NCBI GenBank assembly: GCA_963668645.2
Contig: CAXXWC010000019.1
Span: forward strand, 224,001-288,000
Direction of reading: 5' to 3'
DNA from: Desulfobacterales bacterium
GTDB taxonomy: Bacteria; Desulfobacterota; Desulfobacteria; Desulfobacterales; UBA2174
Length of the DNA stretch: 64,000 nucleotides
The position numbers and the translations under genes were made by a program. This document shows positions 1-11,163 of the stretch, in pieces; the first letter of the stretch is position 1, and each line of letters opens with the position of its first letter. A model generated the notes under the pieces. It was not told where the DNA came from, did not search any database, and was given only the letters and a program-made list of their open reading frames with translations.

Positions 1-1
1 G

Positions 2-1213
2 CTGCGCAGAAAGATCCTGCATACCGGTTTCAGTCAGTTCGTGGCCCCGGGATGGCGGGATGCCCATCTTGACGCCCTGAAAAAAGCCGGCCGGACCGGT
101 GAAACGCAAAGCCTGGAATTGCAGCTCAACACTGTTAATACATCGGACACCTGGGTCTGGGCGGAGATTCAGGCAAATCGGGATGAAACCGGCGTGGTAA
201 TCCAGTGGCGGATGACACTGGTGAACATCTCTGCAAGAAAGGAAGTTGAAATCGCCTTGCAGGGCAGCGAGATGAAATTCCGGCAGTTGTTCAATGAAAT
301 GGTCGGCGGGGGCGTGTTGCTGGAGATCACGGACCGGGATAAACAGGGCCGTCCCGCCGATGCCCGCATAGTGGAGGCAAATGCCGCTTTCGCGGTCCTG
401 ACCGGCATCCAACGCGACCGGGCGGTAGGCAGAACCATCCGCCAGATCTGGCCGCAGACGGGACCTTTTTGGTTCGATCTGTTCAGCCAAGCCATGCGCA
501 GCGGCAACCCTTTTCCGGTGGAACAATGTCATCAGGAATTAAACCTGCATTTCCTGGTATCGGCTTTTGTGCTTGAGGACCAGCGCGTCGGCGTCACATT
601 TATTGACATCAGCGCCCAAAAAAAAATCGAGGAGACTTTGGCCAAGGCCAGGCAAAATCTGGAGATTCAGGTCGAAAACCGCACGGCGGAACTGTCGCGG
701 GCCAATCAGAAGCTGCAACGCGAGATTGCCTCCCGCGAGCAGGCTCAACGGGCGCTGCTGCGAAAATCAAAAGAGCTGGAGGCCCGTACGGTTGGATTGG
801 AAGAGGCCAACATCGCCTTGAAAGTGCTGCTCAAGGAGCTCGAAAATGAGCGTCACGCACTTGAAGAAAAAGTGGTCTGCAACATTAACGGGCTGACCCG
901 GCCGCATCTTGAAAAACTAGCGGCCGGGAACCTGAGTCAACGGCAACGAGCCCTGCTAGACGCCGTAAATAGCAGCCTGGACGACATTGCATCACCGCTT
1001 AGCAGGCGGTTCATTATCGAAAGCAGTCATTTAACACCAGGGGAAACCCAGGTGGCCAATTTAATCCGCCAGGGTAAAACCACCAAGGAGATCGCCGATT
1101 TGATGCGCGTGGCAACCAGCACCATCGATTTTCATCGGCTCAATATCCGCCACAAGTTCGGGCTGACAAATAAGCGGATCAATCTTCAATCTCATCTCAA
1201 ATCGCTACTATAG
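2..1213 (+). CDS. PAS-domain LuxR-family transcriptional regulator (5' partial)
   Basis: Frame is open from the window start; PAS-like segments, coiled coil, C-terminal LuxR HTH ([42 protein letters not shown]). Confidence 0.85.
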   Translation: MRRKILHTGFSQFVAPGWRDAHLDALKKAGRTGETQSLELQLNTVNTSDTWVWAEIQANRDETGVVIQWRMTLVNISARKEVEIALQGSEMKFRQLFNEMVGGGVLLEITDRDKQGRPADARIVEANAAFAVLTGIQRDRAVGRTIRQIWPQTGPFWFDLFSQAMRSGNPFPVEQCHQELNLHFLVSAFVLEDQRVGVTFIDISAQKKIEETLAKARQNLEIQVENRTAELSRANQKLQREIASREQAQRALLRKSKELEARTVGLEEANIALKVLLKELENERHALEEKVVCNINGLTRPHLEKLAAGNLSQRQRALLDAVNSSLDDIASPLSRRFIIESSHLTPGETQVANLIRQGKTTKEIADLMRVATSTIDFHRLNIRHKFGLTNKRINLQSHLKSLL

Positions 1214-1402
1214 TAGGTGGATTTTCCCCGTATTACACCCCTGTTTTTCCCGCCTTGGCGTATTGCCGTCGTTCGATTATATTGTATCTGTAAAGGAAGA
1301 TGCCCAACATTGTTGCGCTGTATGCATACCCGCAATGCTGAGCGCCAGTTTACCTGAAAATCGAAGTAAGTGATACGTCCATCCGGATTCCACCCCCAAT
1401 GA

Positions 1403-1624
1403 TTGGACGACGGAAAGGACCCAATGATATCTTCTCCTTGTAGAAACTGCGATAAGCGCCATATGCCCAAAGACAAATGCAGCAAAGACTGTGATAAAAT
1501 TGCAGCGATTCAACAATTTCAGAATACCATACACACACCGCCATATGCGCGCAACGACAGCGCTGATACGTTCAACTGCGCGTATGAATCTTGCATTTCA
1601 CTCTCTGAAAAAGTGTATTTTTGA
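1403..1624 (+). CDS. Small Cys-rich hypothetical protein; C-terminus derived from IS remnant
   Basis: SPCRNC...KC..DC motif; last codons (from 1590) read into the IS end. Confidence 0.5.
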   Translation: MDDGKDPMISSPCRNCDKRHMPKDKCSKDCDKIAAIQQFQNTIHTPPYARNDSADTFNCAYESCISLSEKVYF

Positions 1625-1711
1625 TTTTTCCGGATTTCAACTCGCCTCCGGATAGTCGATGAAAAAGACGGGTTGCGCTCCGCTTAGCTCGAGTCAACCA
1701 GGTATTTATAG
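1590..1711 (-). mobile_element. Remnant of older IS1634-like element, left part (terminal IR and transposase 3' end)
   Basis: 1590-1711 is a diverged copy of about 1712-1841 (cttgcattt..ctct.tgaaaaagtgtatt...ccaggtatttatag). Confidence 0.85.
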
Positions 1712-3731
1712 CTTGCATTTCGCTCTTTGAAAAAGTGTATTCTTGATTTTTCCGGATCTCAACTTGACCCCGGCATTTCGGCGATTTAGTGATAGAGACG
1801 GGTTGCGCCGCGTTTAGCTTGAGTCAGCCAGGTATTTATAGGAAAAGCATTCCCGGGGCACCTCCAAGACCGTGATGATTTCGCTCTGCAAGGCGGTCAG
1901 TTTCGAGACAAAGCCGAAAGTAGTGCCGCCCGGGCCAGGCATCGCCCCTTTAACGACATGTTCGAAGGCGGCCAGCAGGTGTTCGGCTTTCGGGTTGCGC
2001 ACATCTTTGCGGTTGGGCATCAAGTCATCCAGCCCGCGGTCGCGCTGTTGGATGTTGATCCGAGCGGTTCTCTCGACCAGAACCACGATCTGCAGGGCAA
2101 TTTTGAAAAGGAACAGATACGCCTCGATGCGCTCCGGGCGGTGCAGATAGATCGGCTCCAGATCGTAGGGACCTTTAGCGCGCCGGAAGGTATGCTCGTT
2201 TCGGTACTGGCCCTTGTGCTGGACCATGGCCTGCTGGATGCTCAACTGTTCGGCATCCACGTCGGTCAACAGCGGATAATATCCACAGCGGTCCTGCGCG
2301 GCGGTAAAGGCCGCCTGGTCAAAGTGGACCTGGATATCGAACAGATCGCTGTGTACGGCCACCTTCTCGACGACCTTGCCGGCCGAGGGGCGTCCTCGGC
2401 CTTTGTATTTGTAGGTCACCAGGGCCTGGTAGTCGATGCGGTAGCTGAAAAAGTCTGCGGTACCGTATTTTGCCAAGATCGTGTCGCAGGCTTTTTGGAT
2501 CTGTTCTTCGGTTTTCGGCTTGCGTCCGTTGAGTTTGCCCCGGAGCGCTTCCAGGGCCTCTTTTGTCTGCTCAACACGCCGCTGCAGGTTCTGTCGTTTG
2601 GTCTGGGCCACGGCCTGATCGAAGATGATGATCATCCGTAGCCGGTAGTCCTTTTTGAGGTGCCGTACGACCATCGGCACCTCAAAACCCCGATTGAAGC
2701 GGCCCTTGTGAGGGATCAGGATTTCCTGGTCATGGTCGGCAACGGCGGCCTCAAAGTGTTCGGCAAAGCTTTCATACATGGGGGCCGGGGCCAGAAAGTG
2801 GCCGCCGTTATCAATGATCGCGGCGATGTTGGCCCCGCTGATCAGCTTGCAGTCGGCAACGTAGAGAAAATCGGTCCGGTCCAGCAGGTCGATCAGGCGC
2901 TGCCACTGTTCGACATAGGTGGTCACATCGGCGGTGTTGCCGCTGTAGGCCTGTGAAAAGAGGGGAAACGCACTGTCGTCACTGACCGACATCGACCAGA
3001 TCAGCTGCTTGAGGTCGTCGCGGTGCTTTTTGCTGTGACCGAAGGTGATCTGGATGCCTTCGGGCGACGGGGTGGCTTTCCCATTGCCATAATAAGAGAC
3101 CGAGGTGGTATCGTTATGGCATACGTCGGTTTGGATCTGCCAGGCCTCGATCATGTGGCGGGTGATTTCCAGCTCCAGGTTTCCGAGCCCGTGACGATGG
3201 AGGGCATCGAGGCTGTCGGCGAGCCGGTAGTCGAAGTAGGCCTCGGCCGGGATGCCGGCAAGGACGGTATCGAGCACGGTGCTTTGCCTGGCAAAGGGGC
3301 AGATGCGGTAAAGCTGCATAACCTGGAACAAGATGGCGGTGATCATGGCCACGGCGGCCTGGCCATGGGTCAGGACTTTTCGCCTGGGATCGATTGTTAC
3401 CGAATCGTCGATGATGCGGGCGATAGCGGCTTTTTCGAAGTAATATCGAAGTATTGGGGCAAAGCCGATGTTCTGGGTGATGACATCATCGACGATACTT
3501 GAGACCGGATCTGCCAAGGCCATGAGAAGTACCTCCGTAAGTTGTTGGAAGTACTACTCTTTTTTGCATGTAAAAATCTAGTTTGATTTCAGGTAGTTAT
3601 AGGAACATACGGGTGATAGAGAACGACTATGAACCAAAAAGATCGGTGAATCAGAGATTATCATGGAAATTTGGCGATTTTCGATGTTTTGCTAATTTTC
3701 AGGTCACGACTGGCAACAAGCGAAATCTAAG
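1712..3731 (-). mobile_element. IS1634-family insertion sequence, apparently intact
   Basis: Imperfect terminal IRs (cttgcatttcgct at 1712; agcgaaatctaag ending 3731); 6-bp target duplication TTATAG at 1706-1711 and 3732-3737. Confidence 0.9.
1814..3523 (-). CDS. IS1634-family DDE transposase
   Basis: 569 aa; HNDTTSVS, FGHSKKHRDDLKQ, SGNTAD, YVADCKL, EHTFR..K, PIYLHRPERIEA motifs. Confidence 0.9.
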   Translation of the reverse strand: MALADPVSSIVDDVITQNIGFAPILRYYFEKAAIARIIDDSVTIDPRRKVLTHGQAAVAMITAILFQVMQLYRICPFARQSTVLDTVLAGIPAEAYFDYRLADSLDALHRHGLGNLELEITRHMIEAWQIQTDVCHNDTTSVSYYGNGKATPSPEGIQITFGHSKKHRDDLKQLIWSMSVSDDSAFPLFSQAYSGNTADVTTYVEQWQRLIDLLDRTDFLYVADCKLISGANIAAIIDNGGHFLAPAPMYESFAEHFEAAVADHDQEILIPHKGRFNRGFEVPMVVRHLKKDYRLRMIIIFDQAVAQTKRQNLQRRVEQTKEALEALRGKLNGRKPKTEEQIQKACDTILAKYGTADFFSYRIDYQALVTYKYKGRGRPSAGKVVEKVAVHSDLFDIQVHFDQAAFTAAQDRCGYYPLLTDVDAEQLSIQQAMVQHKGQYRNEHTFRRAKGPYDLEPIYLHRPERIEAYLFLFKIALQIVVLVERTARINIQQRDRGLDDLMPNRKDVRNPKAEHLLAAFEHVVKGAMPGPGGTTFGFVSKLTALQSEIITVLEVPRECFSYKYLADSS

Positions 3732-3737
3732 TTATAG

Positions 3738-3860
3738 GAAAAGCATTCCGGAGGCACCTCCAAAACCGTGATGATTTCACGCTGCAAGGTGGTCAGTTTC
3801 GAGACAAAGCCGCAAGTGGTGCCGCTCGGACCAGGCATCGCGCCTTTAAGGACATGTTCG
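3738..3860 (-). mobile_element. Remnant of older IS1634-like element, right part
   Basis: Diverged copy of about 1842-1964 (gaaaagcattcc...gacatgttcg), continuing where 1590-1711 stops. Confidence 0.85.
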
Positions 3861-4175
3861 GAATTCAACTACGGGCTTTTCACCCCTATTTAGCCCAGAG
3901 GCAACCATTATTGCACTATACCCCCAGATCATCTATCAATCCCTTATTCATAAAGGATTCAGCAAAAACAATCCGGTCATGATCGCGGCAGGCAAGACTT
4001 CTGTTTGCTGACATATGGCACGAATCGGTTATTCTTCTCTTTCCGCTTACCCGTTACGGTTATACCGATGTAATCCCATCTTGCCTGATTTGCTTCGATC
4101 TGCCCCACTGGAAATGTAGCCATGAATGTTTAATCCGCTGCCAACTGAATGGGTTTCAAGGAGAGGAACAAAAAA

Positions 4176-4640
4176 ATGACCTTTAATGCTCCTACCGTTG
4201 AAAGCAAGCCGTCACCGTTGGTTTTGGGTAGTCCGGAGACTCATTCGCCGAAGCAAAAAAAACGAGGCTGCCATCGTCTCCGCAGCCTAGTGGTTGATGA
4301 CGACACCTCTATTCTCAAATGCGTGGCCCAAATGCTTACCCGGATCGGTTGCCAGGTCGACACCGCCCAAGAGCAGCCTGAGGTGGTCAACAAGCTGGCC
4401 ACCGGCACCTACGACCTGCTGGTCACGGACCTGGAGATGCCGGAAATGAATGGCTATTATCTGACACAAAAGGTCAAAAATGAAATGCATGGCACCAAAG
4501 TTATTATCATGACAGGCCGGCTTGAGGCCGATTGTCTCGAAATGATGGTCACGCGGTGGGTGGACGGGTGGCTTTTCAAGCCGTTCGGATTGAAGGAACT
4601 GTACGCCATGCTCCAGTGGTTGGGGTTGATTAAGGAATGA
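4176..4640 (+). CDS. Single-domain response regulator (receiver)
   Basis: LVVDDD, LLVTDLEMPEMNG, IIMTG, KPF; RBS ggagagg before ATG 4176. Confidence 0.85.
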   Translation: MTFNAPTVESKPSPLVLGSPETHSPKQKKRGCHRLRSLVVDDDTSILKCVAQMLTRIGCQVDTAQEQPEVVNKLATGTYDLLVTDLEMPEMNGYYLTQKVKNEMHGTKVIIMTGRLEADCLEMMVTRWVDGWLFKPFGLKELYAMLQWLGLIKE

Positions 4641-4829
4641 CGCCGCGCATAACAGCCTAACCCTACAACAATATATAGTGATATTAACCGGATTCTCTCA
4701 ACCGCTTCTTCCTGTGAAATAGGTAGGTTCGAATCTTTCCACCACGACGATAGCTGCGAGTGACCGTCATGGGCCGTTCAAGCCTAACTTGGGTGCATTT
4801 TGACCTGCACCGAAAGGTGACATCCGGAT

Positions 4830-4985
4830 AGGAGATTCACCCTGGACTCGTTGCGAAGGAAGCAATCATTGAACTGCTCACGAAATCCATTGAGTTCATT
4901 ACCGAATTTTTTGATGTCGCACACCTGAGGTCGAAATTGGGAACGGGGATAGGGTCCTCTTCGCATCGGATCACTAACTGTTCTA
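4830..4985 (-). pseudogene. Frameshifted N-terminal fragment of an IS701-like transposase
   Basis: Two frames join as LVIRCEEDPIPVPNFDL / DIKKFGNELNGFREQFNDCFLRNESRVN, resembling IS701 transposase N-termini (recalled). Confidence 0.5.
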
Positions 4986-5065
4986 ACCGGCGATCTTCAC
5001 TTTCCTGGACCTGAATGTCTGATAGTCTCGGCCAACCGTGGACACATTTATCAAGGATGATAGGG

Positions 5066-6618
5066 ATGGCACAATACAATCTGAACCGCGTCTTTAAACC
5101 GCGGCAGGTTGCCGTGGTGGGCGCCAGCGAAAAAGCGGGAACCATCGGCAACGCGTTGATGAGACATCTCATTGACGGTGGGGTTCCCAGAACGGTGCTG
5201 CCGGTCAATCCCAAATACCAAGCCATGCAGGCGCTTTATACGTTACTGCGCCCTTCTGGAGCAAAGGGAACCCCATCGACATTCTCGGCGATGCCTCGGC
5301 GGAGCGTTTTAGCCAAGCGCTTACGGTTTGCTTCAATTCGCAGAATTTGGACGGGGTACTGGTCATCCTTGCGCCCCAGGCCCTTACGGAACCTCTTTGG
5401 GTGGCAGCAACGCTGGCCTCCGCCATGAAAGAACGCCGCTACCCGTTGTTTACTATCTGGATGGGCGGCAAAAGCATCGGGCCTGCTGTTGAAATTTAAA
5501 TGAAGCGGGAATCCCAACCTACGATACGCCGGAACGGGCGATTAGCGCTTTTCTATACATGGCTGAATATACCCGAAACCTTGAACTGCTTTTGGAAATA
5601 CCACCGAACAGTAACCAGGCATCTGGTGTTCGATCAGGAAAAAGCCCGGAACCTTATCGCCGGTGCTCCGGCACAGGAATTTATGTCGGAAACGGATTCC
5701 AGGGAACTGCTCATGGCCTACGGCCTACCCGTGATAAAGACGGAATCTGCAGATACCGAAACCCAGGCTTTGAGTATCGGCCTTGAGCTGGGATATCCGA
5801 TGAACCGTCTGCTTGCCCGGCGACTCATGCAGAAAACCAAGGCCTGCGCCTTGTTGCAAGGATACCGAAACCGCCCGGCTGCCGACATGGAACGACTCGA
5901 AGAAATGATAATCCGACTATCCCAACTCCTGATTGATTTCCCTGAAATTGCCGAGCTGGACATGAACCCCGTTCTGATCAAAGAGGGCAATCCCGTCGCG
6001 GTCGATGCTCGAATTCTTGTTTCACCCCATGGGGTGCCCTCCTCCCTGCATCTGGTAATCGGCCCGTATCAGGAGGATGAAAAGTCCCACATGCTCAGCG
6101 ATGATGGACGCCGCATTTTTATTCGACCTGTCAAGCCCGAAGACGCCCCTCTTTTTATGGCGTTGTTCAAGGTGCTTTCGCCCACGCCGATTTATTATCG
6201 TTTCTTCGGATCGTTAAAGGAACTAAATCCGGAGATGCTGGCACGGTTCACTCAGATCGATTACGATCGGGAGATCGCGTTGGTTGCCCTGGATGAAGAT
6301 ATCGACGAAAATTCGGAAGCCGGCGGCATGTTGGGGGTCGCAAGAATCATCGGTGATTCGGATGGAAAGACGGGGGAGTTCGCCGTTTTGGTAGGGGACG
6401 CCTGGCAAGGCAAGGGCATTGGGGGGAATTTGCTGGAAAAATGTCTGTCCATCGCCGAAAAGCAAGGCTTTGAATCGGTGTACGGTATCGTACTGCATGG
6501 AAACCGGAACATGCTCGAGCTATGCAAAAAACTGGGATTTGACATCAAAAGAGAGCCTGACTCTGGAGACGATGAGCTGACGATTCATTTCGGAGGGACC
6601 CGACATGAGGTTAATTGA
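5066..6618 (+). pseudogene. Acetate-CoA ligase-like/GNAT protein lysine acetyltransferase (Pat/YfiQ type), disrupted
   Basis: FKPRQVAVVGASEKAGTIG..PVNPKY; NPIDILGDA in another frame; stop at 5497-5499; frameshifts; internal deletions; ELDMNPV; intact C-terminal GNAT (FTQIDYDREIAL, EFAVLVGDAWQGKGIG). Confidence 0.85.
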
Positions 6619-8230
6619 AAAAATCGAAAGCATATTCCCACGGGCCGCCGATATACCGAAGGCTCTTTTAAACGATATTCCCTGCATTCAAACCGGCTAT
6701 CTCGTGAACGGCGAAATTCGGGTCTGGCACGGCCCGCGCCAGGAGGTACTCTCGCCGGTGTGGGTGACGGGCGATAACGGGCCCAAGCCCTTTTGCATTG
6801 GTGAATATCCGCTGTTAACGGAGGCGGAAGCGTTTCAGGCCCTGGACGCGGCAGTGGCCGCCTATGATCATGGGCGGGGATTGTGGCCGACCCTCTCCGT
6901 GACCGAGCGCATTGATCACATGCAGCGGTTCGTAGTTCGCATGATTGAAGAAAAAGACCAAGTCGTGCGATTTCTGATGTGGGAGGTCGGCAAATCCCTT
7001 CAGGATTCGCAAAAGGAGTTCGACCGGACTATTCAATACATCAACGATACCCTTGCCGCTCTAAAAGACCTGGATCGAATTTCTTCCCGGTTCACCATTG
7101 AGGAGGGCATCATCGGTCAGATTCGGCGAGCCCCCTTGGGCGTTGTGCTCTGTATGGGACCGTTCAATTATCCGCTCAACGAGACATTCACGACCTTGAT
7201 ACCGGCGCTTGTCATGGGCAACACCGTGATCTTGAAGCCGCCCAAACACGGCGCGCTTCTTTACGCACCTCTCCTGAAGGCCTTTTGCGATGTTTTTCCA
7301 CAAGGCGTCATTAACATCATCTATGGCGAGGGAAGAAAAATTATTCCCCCGCTCATGGCATCCGGAAAAGTCAACGTGATGGGGCTGATCGGAACGAGCA
7401 AGACGGCCAATGCCTTGAAAAAACTGCACCCTAGCCCCAATCGCCTGCGCTGCGTACTGGGGTTGGAGGCCAAGAATCCGGCGATTGTGCTCAAAGGCGC
7501 CGTCCTTGACCTGGCTGTAAAGGAGTGCATTCTCGGCTGCCTTTCCTTTAACGGGCAACGTTGCACGGCGCTTAAGATCCTCTTTGTGGAGGCTGCCATC
7601 GTGGACGCGTTTCTTGAACGCTTCGCTGCGGCCGTTAACGCCCTTACCTTTGGCATGCCATGGAAGGAAGGGGTTGCCCTGACACCGGTCGCGGAAAAGG
7701 GCAAAACGGATTACCTGCAAGAACTGGTGTCTGACGCTGTTGCCCAAGGTGCCCGGATCGTGAATCCGTCCGGAGGAGCGCTTTGCGGCAGCTTCTTTTT
7801 TCCGGCCGTCCTGTATCCGGTCCACAACAGAATGAGAGTGTATCATGAAGAGCAGTTCGGGCCGGTGGTTCCCGTGCTGCCCTTCGACAACATAGACCAA
7901 CCCATCGACTACATGATCAATTCCAACTACGGCCAGCAAGTCAGCATTTTCGGCAGCGACCCGGGTCAGATCGCCCGATTGATCGATCCGCTGGTCAACC
8001 AGGTCTGCCGGGTCAACATCAACAGCCAGTGCCAGCGGGGACCGGACACCTTTCCCTTTACTGGACGAAAGGATTCAGCCGAAGGAACGCTTTCCGTATC
8101 CGACGCCTTGCGGGTTTTTTCCATCCGAACCTTGGTTGCCACAAAACAGACGGAGTTGAACAAAAAGATCATCACCCGCATCGTGCGGGATCACAAAAGC
8201 AAATTTTTGGCGACCGACTTTATTCTATAA
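6605..8230 (+). CDS. gapN: Non-phosphorylating NADP-dependent glyceraldehyde-3-phosphate dehydrogenase (ALDH family)
   Basis: GPFNYPLNE, LEAKNPAIV, SFNGQRCTA, EEQFGPV, RGPDTFPFTGRKDS. Confidence 0.8.
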   Translation: MRLIEKIESIFPRAADIPKALLNDIPCIQTGYLVNGEIRVWHGPRQEVLSPVWVTGDNGPKPFCIGEYPLLTEAEAFQALDAAVAAYDHGRGLWPTLSVTERIDHMQRFVVRMIEEKDQVVRFLMWEVGKSLQDSQKEFDRTIQYINDTLAALKDLDRISSRFTIEEGIIGQIRRAPLGVVLCMGPFNYPLNETFTTLIPALVMGNTVILKPPKHGALLYAPLLKAFCDVFPQGVINIIYGEGRKIIPPLMASGKVNVMGLIGTSKTANALKKLHPSPNRLRCVLGLEAKNPAIVLKGAVLDLAVKECILGCLSFNGQRCTALKILFVEAAIVDAFLERFAAAVNALTFGMPWKEGVALTPVAEKGKTDYLQELVSDAVAQGARIVNPSGGALCGSFFFPAVLYPVHNRMRVYHEEQFGPVVPVLPFDNIDQPIDYMINSNYGQQVSIFGSDPGQIARLIDPLVNQVCRVNINSQCQRGPDTFPFTGRKDSAEGTLSVSDALRVFSIRTLVATKQTELNKKIITRIVRDHKSKFLATDFIL

Positions 8231-8271
8231 TTGTGAGCTGAAAGCGTTTGGAATAAAGAAAGGTATCAAGA

Positions 8272-9198
8272 ATGATATACACCGTCACATTAAATCCTGC
8301 ACTGGACCGTTTCATCGTTGTTGAGCAGTTGCTTGCGGAAGACACCACCCGCATCCTTTCGGAAACACCGTATGCTGCCGGTAAGGGGATTGATGTATCC
8401 AGGGTGATCCGGGAATTGGGCGGACAGAGTGTCGCCCTTGGTCTCGTCGGAGGCTATGACGGCCTGCAACTGGAAGGGTTGCTCATCAATGCGGGTGTCA
8501 TGACCGATTTTACCCGGATTTCAGACGAAACGCGAACCAATATTATCCTACGTGAACAGGCCCAAAACCGGCAGTACGCCATCAGCGCCGCCGGGCCGGA
8601 AATTAAGGCAACAGAAATCGGTATGTTTTATCAACATATGAACCAGGTCCGGGATATGGATTACCTGATCCTGAGCGGAAGTCTCCCACGCGGCGTTTCA
8701 CCGAACCTCTACGGTCAACTGATTCTTGCCGGGAAAAAAAAGGGCGCTTTCATCGTTCTGGATGCGGATGGAATCGCTCTGCATGAAGCACTGGACTATC
8801 AACCGACCTGTATTAAACCGAATATTCACGAACTTTCCCGTCTGGCGGAACGGGAACTGCAAACCGAACCGGAAATTTTAGGTTTTTGTGAAAAACTCCA
8901 CCAGAAAGGAATTCCATTTATTCTTGTTTCCAGAGGGGAAAAAGGCCTGCTTCTCTCTTCGGCAGAACAAAAAATAAAGGCGGTTGCACCTCCGGTGGCA
9001 GTGGACAGCACCGTAGGTGCCGGGGATTCGGTGGTGGGAGGATTCGTACTGGCGCATTCCCGGGGCAAAGACCTCGCTGACAGCATACGGCTCGCCTGTG
9101 CCGCGGGAACGGCAACCGCGCGAACGCCTGGTACCGAGCTTTGTCATCTCGCGGATGTTGAAGCAATTTTACCCAGGGTTGAACTATCAAAGGTATAG
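8272..9198 (+). CDS. 1-phosphofructokinase-family (PfkB) hexose kinase
   Basis: MIYTVTLNPALD, GKGIDVS, LSGSLPRG, IKPNIHEL, STVGAGDS. Confidence 0.9.
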   Translation: MIYTVTLNPALDRFIVVEQLLAEDTTRILSETPYAAGKGIDVSRVIRELGGQSVALGLVGGYDGLQLEGLLINAGVMTDFTRISDETRTNIILREQAQNRQYAISAAGPEIKATEIGMFYQHMNQVRDMDYLILSGSLPRGVSPNLYGQLILAGKKKGAFIVLDADGIALHEALDYQPTCIKPNIHELSRLAERELQTEPEILGFCEKLHQKGIPFILVSRGEKGLLLSSAEQKIKAVAPPVAVDSTVGAGDSVVGGFVLAHSRGKDLADSIRLACAAGTATARTPGTELCHLADVEAILPRVELSKV

Positions 9199-9361
9199 AC
9201 GTTGCCGTTCATTCCTAAACGGATATCCTGATGCCGGCAAATTCCCTTCAAATCATAGCAGAGACATGAGCGACGACGATTTAGCAATGAGGATGCGGCC
9301 TTTTTATGACAATGGCCTTCCAGCCTGGCGGGGCACTTCATCACCTTTTGGCAAATGCGGT

Positions 9362-9400
9362 TTCAGTCGGCGACTGAATTTTCCCGCGCGCGGGAAAATT
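9362..9400. repeat. Two abutting inverted repeats
   Basis: ttcagtcg-g-cgactgaa (9362-9378) and perfect 24-bp palindrome aattttcccgcgcgcgggaaaatt (9377-9400). Confidence 0.6.
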
Positions 9401-9716
9401 TTTACACACGCAATCCCTTGCGTGCCGGGCTTGCCGGCAAGGCGCTCAAGATCGACAATCAAGCCGATACCCACCAGCGTTTGAATCGTGCCATGAAGGC
9501 TGGCGGCTTCAACGCGCTCGTTCGCGAGAATTGACCTTCCGAAAAGCGAAAATGGCGATCCCCGTATCCGGGCACGAAATGTCAGGGCCTGCAACGCTAA
9601 ACGCCGCCGTGCATCCAAACACCCATTGAATCTTGGAAACCAATTGATACCATTCGAAATTTCTGTTATGATTTTATACTTTTATCTTATCATGCCGATA
9701 AATATGGAATCATCAG

Positions 9717-11163
9717 ATGATTAAAGATTTTCTGAAAGTTTTCAACAGCATTCTGGGGTCGATTCGCGAGCCCGTGATCGTGCTCGATCGGGATCTGAAA
9801 GTCGTAACAGCCAATCCCTCTTTTTACCGGACATTTAATGTCAAGCCTGACGAGACCGAGGGCGTTCGGATATACGCTCTGGGCAACCGGCAATGGGACA
9901 TCCCCAGCTTAAGGAGATTGCTGGAAGATATCCTTCCTCAAAATACCGATTTTCACGATTTTGAGGTGGAACACGATTTTGAAAGCATCGGGCACAAGAT
10001 CATGCGCCTGAACGCCAGGCGGATTTACGTCCAGGACGACCCAAACCAGTTGCTATTGGCCATCGAGGATGTAACCGAACGCGAATATTACAAAAAGCAC
10101 CTTGAGGAACTGGTTGGAGAACGAACGGTAGAAATAAGAAAACTCAAGGATCCTAGCTCGAAGTAACCGAACGCGAGCACCTTATCTTCAGGAAGAAACT
10201 CAAAGCAGCTCGTTTAGCGAACCATGAGAACATCGTCATGAGAACATCGTCGGTAAGAGCGACGCTATCAACTACGTGTTTTTCAAGGTGGAGCAGATCG
10301 CCAATACCGACACAAACGTCTTGGTTCTCGGTGAAACCGGAACCGGAAAAGAATTGGTGGCGAGGGCCATTCACGGCACCAGCCTACGCAAGAAGCGCAG
10401 CCTGGTCAAAATCAATTGCGCAGCCCTGCCTTCGAATCTGATCGAAAGCGAACTTTTCGGCCATGAGAAAGGCGCCTTCACCGGTGCCCAATCCAGGCGG
10501 TTGGGGCGCTTTGAAATTGCCGATGGAGCGACCTTGTTTTTAGACGAAATCGGGGAACTGCCGTTGGATCTGCAGCCCAAACTGCTCCAGGTGATCGAAG
10601 ACGGGGAGTTCGAACGACTCGGCAGTTCGGAAACCAGAAAAGTGGACGTGCGCATCATTGCCGCCACTAATCGTGACCTTCAAGCGGAGGTCCAAAAGGG
10701 TACTTTCCGGGAAGATTTGTGGTACCGGCTGAATATTTTTCCGATCACCATGCCGCCCCTGCGCGATCGTCTGGACGACATCCCGCTGCTGGTCAATTTT
10801 TATATTGACCGGATTTCAAGAAGACTGGGCAAAGACATCAAGATGGTCCCGGCGGGTGTGATGGACGCGCTGCAACAGTACCATTGGCCCGGCAATGTTC
10901 GCGAACTGGAAAATGTCCTCGAACGTGCGGTGATCAACTCCTCGGGCCCCAAGCTGAGACTGGTGGATGAACTGAAAAAGCCGCATAAGGATGCCGCAGC
11001 ACCTGAACAAACCCTGGAGAGTGTCGAACGAGACTACATCCAGCGGGTGCTTGAACAGACCGGCTGGAAAGTGAGCGGCAAGAACAGTGCGGCTGAAATC
11101 CTGGGTCTCGACCGCAGCACGTTGCGCGCCCGCATGCGCAAACTCAATATCCATAAGCCGTAA
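9717..11163 (+). pseudogene. PAS + sigma-54 AAA+/Fis enhancer-binding protein split into ORFs 9717-10166 and 10276-11163
   Basis: PAS half, then GETGTGKE, ESELFGHEKGAFTGA, LFLDEIGE, WPGNVRELEN and HTH; linker broken by small duplications. Confidence 0.8.

Noticed and set aside
4016..4035. TGGCACG as a sigma-54 promoter
   Set aside because: No GC at the -12 position with 10-nt spacing
4720..4750. ggttcgaatc...ccacca resembling a tRNA 3' fragment
   Set aside because: T-stem pairs poorly, no cloverleaf, and it does not match tRNA-Gln
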